DNA of 64,000 nucleotides, from the NCBI GenBank assembly GCA_964583985.1, contig CAZOYD010000008.1, positions 21,894 through 85,893 on the forward strand. The letters are read 5' to 3'. Numbering within the stretch: position 1 is the stretch's first letter; each line of letters opens with the position of its first letter. The notes under the pieces were generated by a model. That model saw only the letters and a list, made by a program, of their open reading frames with translations. It ran no database searches and was not told where the DNA came from. The DNA is from an uncultured archaeon. Its GTDB lineage: Archaea > Asgardarchaeota > Lokiarchaeia > Sigyniarchaeales > SOKP01. Below, one piece after another: positions 61,028 through 64,000 of this stretch. The translations under genes were made by a program, and so were the position numbers.

Positions 61028-62281
61028 TTATGTTTGGCTCATGCCCTTTGCGTTACCCTGCCATTCTTGAATCTTTTTTACTGATGCGCCATTAACTTTT
61101 GAAGCAAGATCTTCAGGTTGAGCAGATATTAATTCATGAACTGAATTAATTCCAGCTCTTTTAAGTTGTACAGCCATACCTACTCCTATTCCTTTTACAT
61201 TAGTAAGATTGTTTCCATCGTCATCACTTTCAAGTGTTGTTTCAGGTTCGATCAGAGTTTCTTGTTCATCTTCATCAAGATCTTCGTATAATGAAGGAAC
61301 TTCAAATCCGCTCGTATCTCCTTTGGGCATTTCAGCGTTTTCTGTATCTGCAATACCCACACTTGTAATGTAAAATTCTGCTTCTTCGGGCGGCAGATCC
61401 GGGGCATCCACGATGACAGCTCTTCGTTTTAAGGAATTATTGGATGAAAATCCCTTGGTCTTGAACATTACCCTGAAATGGCAACCATGTGCGATGATGT
61501 TTCCACCGATTGCATCATCGCTCGAGAACATGCCCATCATTTTGGTGGCAACTTGGTTTGTGAGCAAGATAGCACAATTGTAGGTTTCTGCGATTCTAGA
61601 AAGTGCATGGATCATGTTGTTCAGCACGCTTTGCCTTCTGGCGAGCATTCCGATACCCACGTATTCAGCACGCATGAGCGCCATCAGGGAGTCTACAATG
61701 ATGAGCCGCACGCCATTATTCTTGCACAGCGTTTCAGCTTTAGATATCATTTGAGATTGATGATCAGAGCTAAAAATTCGAGCATGAAAGATGCCGGAAA
61801 GCACTTTTTTGGGGTCCAATCCAAATCTCTTGGCAATCCGCTTAACTTTTTCCTTAGAAAATGTATTTTCCGTATCTATATATGCTACTTTTGCACCTAA
61901 ACCACCTTTACTTTTCGGTAATTGAATTGAAACGGAAATCGTGTGAGCTAAATTGGTTTTTCCTGACTTGAAAGGTCCGTAAACTTCAGTGAGCTTTCCA
62001 GTTTGAAAGCCCCCGCCAAGTATTCTATTCAATTCAGCTGAACCAGTCGTGATGTATTCGGTATTCTCATCGATTTCTTCAGCAGCGACAAAATCACTCA
62101 TTCCTAAAGCATTCCTAGCATTCCAAATGAGTTTTTTTGCCGTTTTATCACCAAGACCATCAATTTCACTTATGATAACGTGTGGTGACATTGCCAATGC
62201 TTCTGCAGAGCTGATGCCATTCTCTTGCAAGAGCTTGATTTGCCTGGCATTTATATTTTTGACTAAATCTAATTCTGCCAT
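61028..62281 (-). CDS. radA: RadA/Rad51-family recombinase paralog with acidic linker and extra C-terminal HhH domain
   Basis: N-terminal HhH, FVAA, GPFKSGKT, YIDTENTF, IVDS, RAEY, TNQV and GGNIIAH motifs. Confidence 0.93.
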   Translation of the reverse strand: MAELDLVKNINARQIKLLQENGISSAEALAMSPHVIISEIDGLGDKTAKKLIWNARNALGMSDFVAAEEIDENTEYITTGSAELNRILGGGFQTGKLTEVYGPFKSGKTNLAHTISVSIQLPKSKGGLGAKVAYIDTENTFSKEKVKRIAKRFGLDPKKVLSGIFHARIFSSDHQSQMISKAETLCKNNGVRLIIVDSLMALMRAEYVGIGMLARRQSVLNNMIHALSRIAETYNCAILLTNQVATKMMGMFSSDDAIGGNIIAHGCHFRVMFKTKGFSSNNSLKRRAVIVDAPDLPPEEAEFYITSVGIADTENAEMPKGDTSGFEVPSLYEDLDEDEQETLIEPETTLESDDDGNNLTNVKGIGVGMAVQLKRAGINSVHELISAQPEDLASKVNGASVKKIQEWQGNAKGMSQT

Positions 62282-62355
62282 TATGTTTCATTATATTTTT
62301 TAATTAAATTTAGGAGAAAGTAACTCACGTGCTTTTAAAGAACAAAAAAAATTGT

Positions 62356-62739
62356 TTAGAATAGTTCCTCATTTTCTTCAGAATATAGTTGAAGTTTTTG
62401 ATTAAATTGAAAGGGCTCAAGACCATGAATTAACGCGTCATGCATCAGCCGTTGATTCATCTCTTCTACGTCCTCCTTGTTTAATGGCATTTCCATATTA
62501 GATAGAGCTTCATCTAACGAGAACTTCTTATCTTTTAATTTCCCAAAATATCCTCCATATAAAAAAAAAAGGCCAATCATCATCTCAATATCGTTCTGTG
62601 TAAATCGAGACAGACATTGTCGACACACCACTGCGAAATTTATTTTTGATTGATAGACGCCGACTAAATCAGTAATGTCGGAATGACACACAGAACAAAT
62701 CACTATCGAATTGGTATCAGAATCATGAAGGTGATACAT
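62356..62739 (-). CDS. Zinc-finger hypothetical protein
   Basis: CSVC..CRQC. Confidence 0.65.
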   Translation of the reverse strand: MYHLHDSDTNSIVICSVCHSDITDLVGVYQSKINFAVVCRQCLSRFTQNDIEMMIGLFFLYGGYFGKLKDKKFSLDEALSNMEMPLNKEDVEEMNQRLMHDALIHGLEPFQFNQKLQLYSEENEELF

Positions 62740-62740
62740 G

Positions 62741-62766
62741 CAACATATTTATAATCAACATATTTA
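62741..62766. repeat. 11-bp direct repeat CAACATATTTA (period 15) in a promoter
   Basis: Copies at 62741-62751 and 62756-62766, directly upstream of the 62739 start. Confidence 0.6.
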
Positions 62767-62866
62767 AAGAAAAAGAGAAATACTTCAAAAAAAAAAATGC
62801 TTTAAGTGCAATTAAACTCAACTGGAAATATATTTGTCAGAGGATTCAAATATTCGAAAAGAAGAT

Positions 62867-63580
62867 TTAATTTGTTAGGACTAATCCCACATCATTCATT
62901 ACATAAGATTTGGTAAGATTTTCCTTACCAAATATAACTTGTATTTGAGAAACTTTCCCAAAAATGGATCGAGTTAAATTAATTGATATACCCTGAATTC
63001 TGCTAAATAATTTATGATAAAATGATCTCGTTATTCCCGTATGAGGATCTTGCGATACTTCATGTATCAAGATAAGATGGATATTATTTCTCTTGCAGAA
63101 CATAATGAGAGGAAATAAGATCTCATCAAAAAATTGGTTCACAATTTTAGAACGACTTGAAAAATCTTTTAGTTCAGCCAAACGATATCGCAAATGATGG
63201 GAGATATTATCAATTACGATGAATTTGACATCAGGAGGTAATTCTTTAAGGTATAAATCTCGCAAAATTTTGTTTTGTTCGTCAAACGTGTGAAAAATGT
63301 TTCTTGAGGGAATGATAAAAATGTTTTTTAACAAGTAATCAAGTAATTCAGGTTTTAATTTTAACATTGAGTTGACTCGCTTTTTTGGAAAACTTTCGCT
63401 TGCTTGGATCCACAGTGCAGAGGAGTTTTCCTCAAATGGTATTTTAGCGGTCAATGATCCCGCAACTATTTGGAGAGCTAGAGTAGTTTTCCCCGTTCCT
63501 GAAGACCCAGAAAGAGAGATAATTTGACCACTCTTTATCATGTAATCCTCGAATAAAGTCATAATATTCATGATTTGCAC
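62867..63580 (-). CDS. RadB/Rad51-paralog-like RecA-fold ATPase
   Basis: GSSGTGKTT Walker A and FIVIDNIS Walker B; no N-terminal HhH. Confidence 0.82.
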   Translation of the reverse strand: MQIMNIMTLFEDYMIKSGQIISLSGSSGTGKTTLALQIVAGSLTAKIPFEENSSALWIQASESFPKKRVNSMLKLKPELLDYLLKNIFIIPSRNIFHTFDEQNKILRDLYLKELPPDVKFIVIDNISHHLRYRLAELKDFSSRSKIVNQFFDEILFPLIMFCKRNNIHLILIHEVSQDPHTGITRSFYHKLFSRIQGISINLTRSIFGKVSQIQVIFGKENLTKSYVMNDVGLVLTN

Positions 63581-63581
63581 A

Positions 63582-63944
63582 TCACTCCAATAAAGATAGG
63601 ATTTCTTGCTTCTTTTCCTCTAATTTCAATATTTCTTGATCCTGTTCTCGAGGTTGTGGTTGTATTAGTTTATCATGATTCTTATCCAAGAGTTGTTGGA
63701 CTAAAAACATCGTCATGATTTCATTTACTTGAGAACTTTCTTGCATCGATCTTACGCCTTTGCCAAAAAATACTCCGTTTCTCCTTGAACCGCCTTTTTT
63801 TCTTGATTTAATATAACCATAGCCAGCAAGTATCGCTCCGGCAATAATGAGCGTACCCACTGGATTCGTCTGATATACCATGAAAAATGCCAATCCGACG
63901 ACTATTAAACACATCCCTTTCATCTTACCAACTCCCCTCCTCAT
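63582..63944 (-). CDS. Small 2-TM protein with basic loop and coiled-coil tail
   Basis: Two N-terminal hydrophobic helices; stop codon 1 bp from the RadB-like start. Confidence 0.65.
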   Translation of the reverse strand: MRRGVGKMKGMCLIVVGLAFFMVYQTNPVGTLIIAGAILAGYGYIKSRKKGGSRRNGVFFGKGVRSMQESSQVNEIMTMFLVQQLLDKNHDKLIQPQPREQDQEILKLEEKKQEILSLLE

Positions 63945-64000
63945 ATTTTGGTGGTTTTTTAGGTTTATGCCTCTTTCGCAGTACTTGCTGTGAAGAATAA

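Noticed and set aside
9-62303. Short antisense or out-of-frame ORFs in the track (e.g. 6516..6992, 11855..12187, 61478..61900)
   Set aside because: They are shadows of well-supported genes and carry no motifs of their own.
52897-62331. Shared 10-mer AACTCACGTG (52897-52906 reverse strand; 62322-62331 at the radA promoter)
   Set aside because: One copy lies between convergent genes, and a single 10-mer match in 64 kb is plausible by chance.
1-64000. CRISPR array, rRNA, integrase/transposase or provirus
   Set aside because: No spaced repeats or hallmark genes were recognised by eye.

Overview
AT-rich archaeal chromosomal segment. The tRNAs with bulge-helix-bulge introns, several geranylgeranyl-reductase paralogs, 2TM/PadR-zinc-ribbon genes, an MglA/roadblock pair and RadA/FEN1/RPA point most plausibly to an Asgard archaeon (Lokiarchaeia-like; this is inference). 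Left part (1-20 kb): rpiA-rpe, a large membrane-anchored subtilase, intron-containing tRNA-Ala(GGC) and tRNA-Leu(TAA), VapBC toxin-antitoxin genes and remnants, a duplicated 2TM-PadR operon around an HhH-transglutaminase gene, an orphan Mre11 and hsp20. Middle (20.7-47 kb): a carbohydrate island with a bacterial-type phosphorylating L-rhamnose pathway (GH78, rhaA, rhaB, class II aldolase, DeoR) with an aldehyde:ferredoxin oxidoreductase inside the operon, plus two GH4, GH32, GH2 and an anSME. Right part (47-64 kb): a cluster of DNA-processing paralogs (RPA, FEN1-like, RadA with an extra HhH domain, RadB-like, stand-alone Topo-IA-type zinc ribbon), MglB-MglA and small pilin-like membrane proteins, most with T-rich TATA promoters. 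This is a candidate DNA uptake/recombination system. It is split by a ~6 kb accessory block that contains a diverged duplicate of the radA 3' end. No CRISPR array, rRNA or transposase was recognised. All family calls come from motif recognition by eye; no searches were run.
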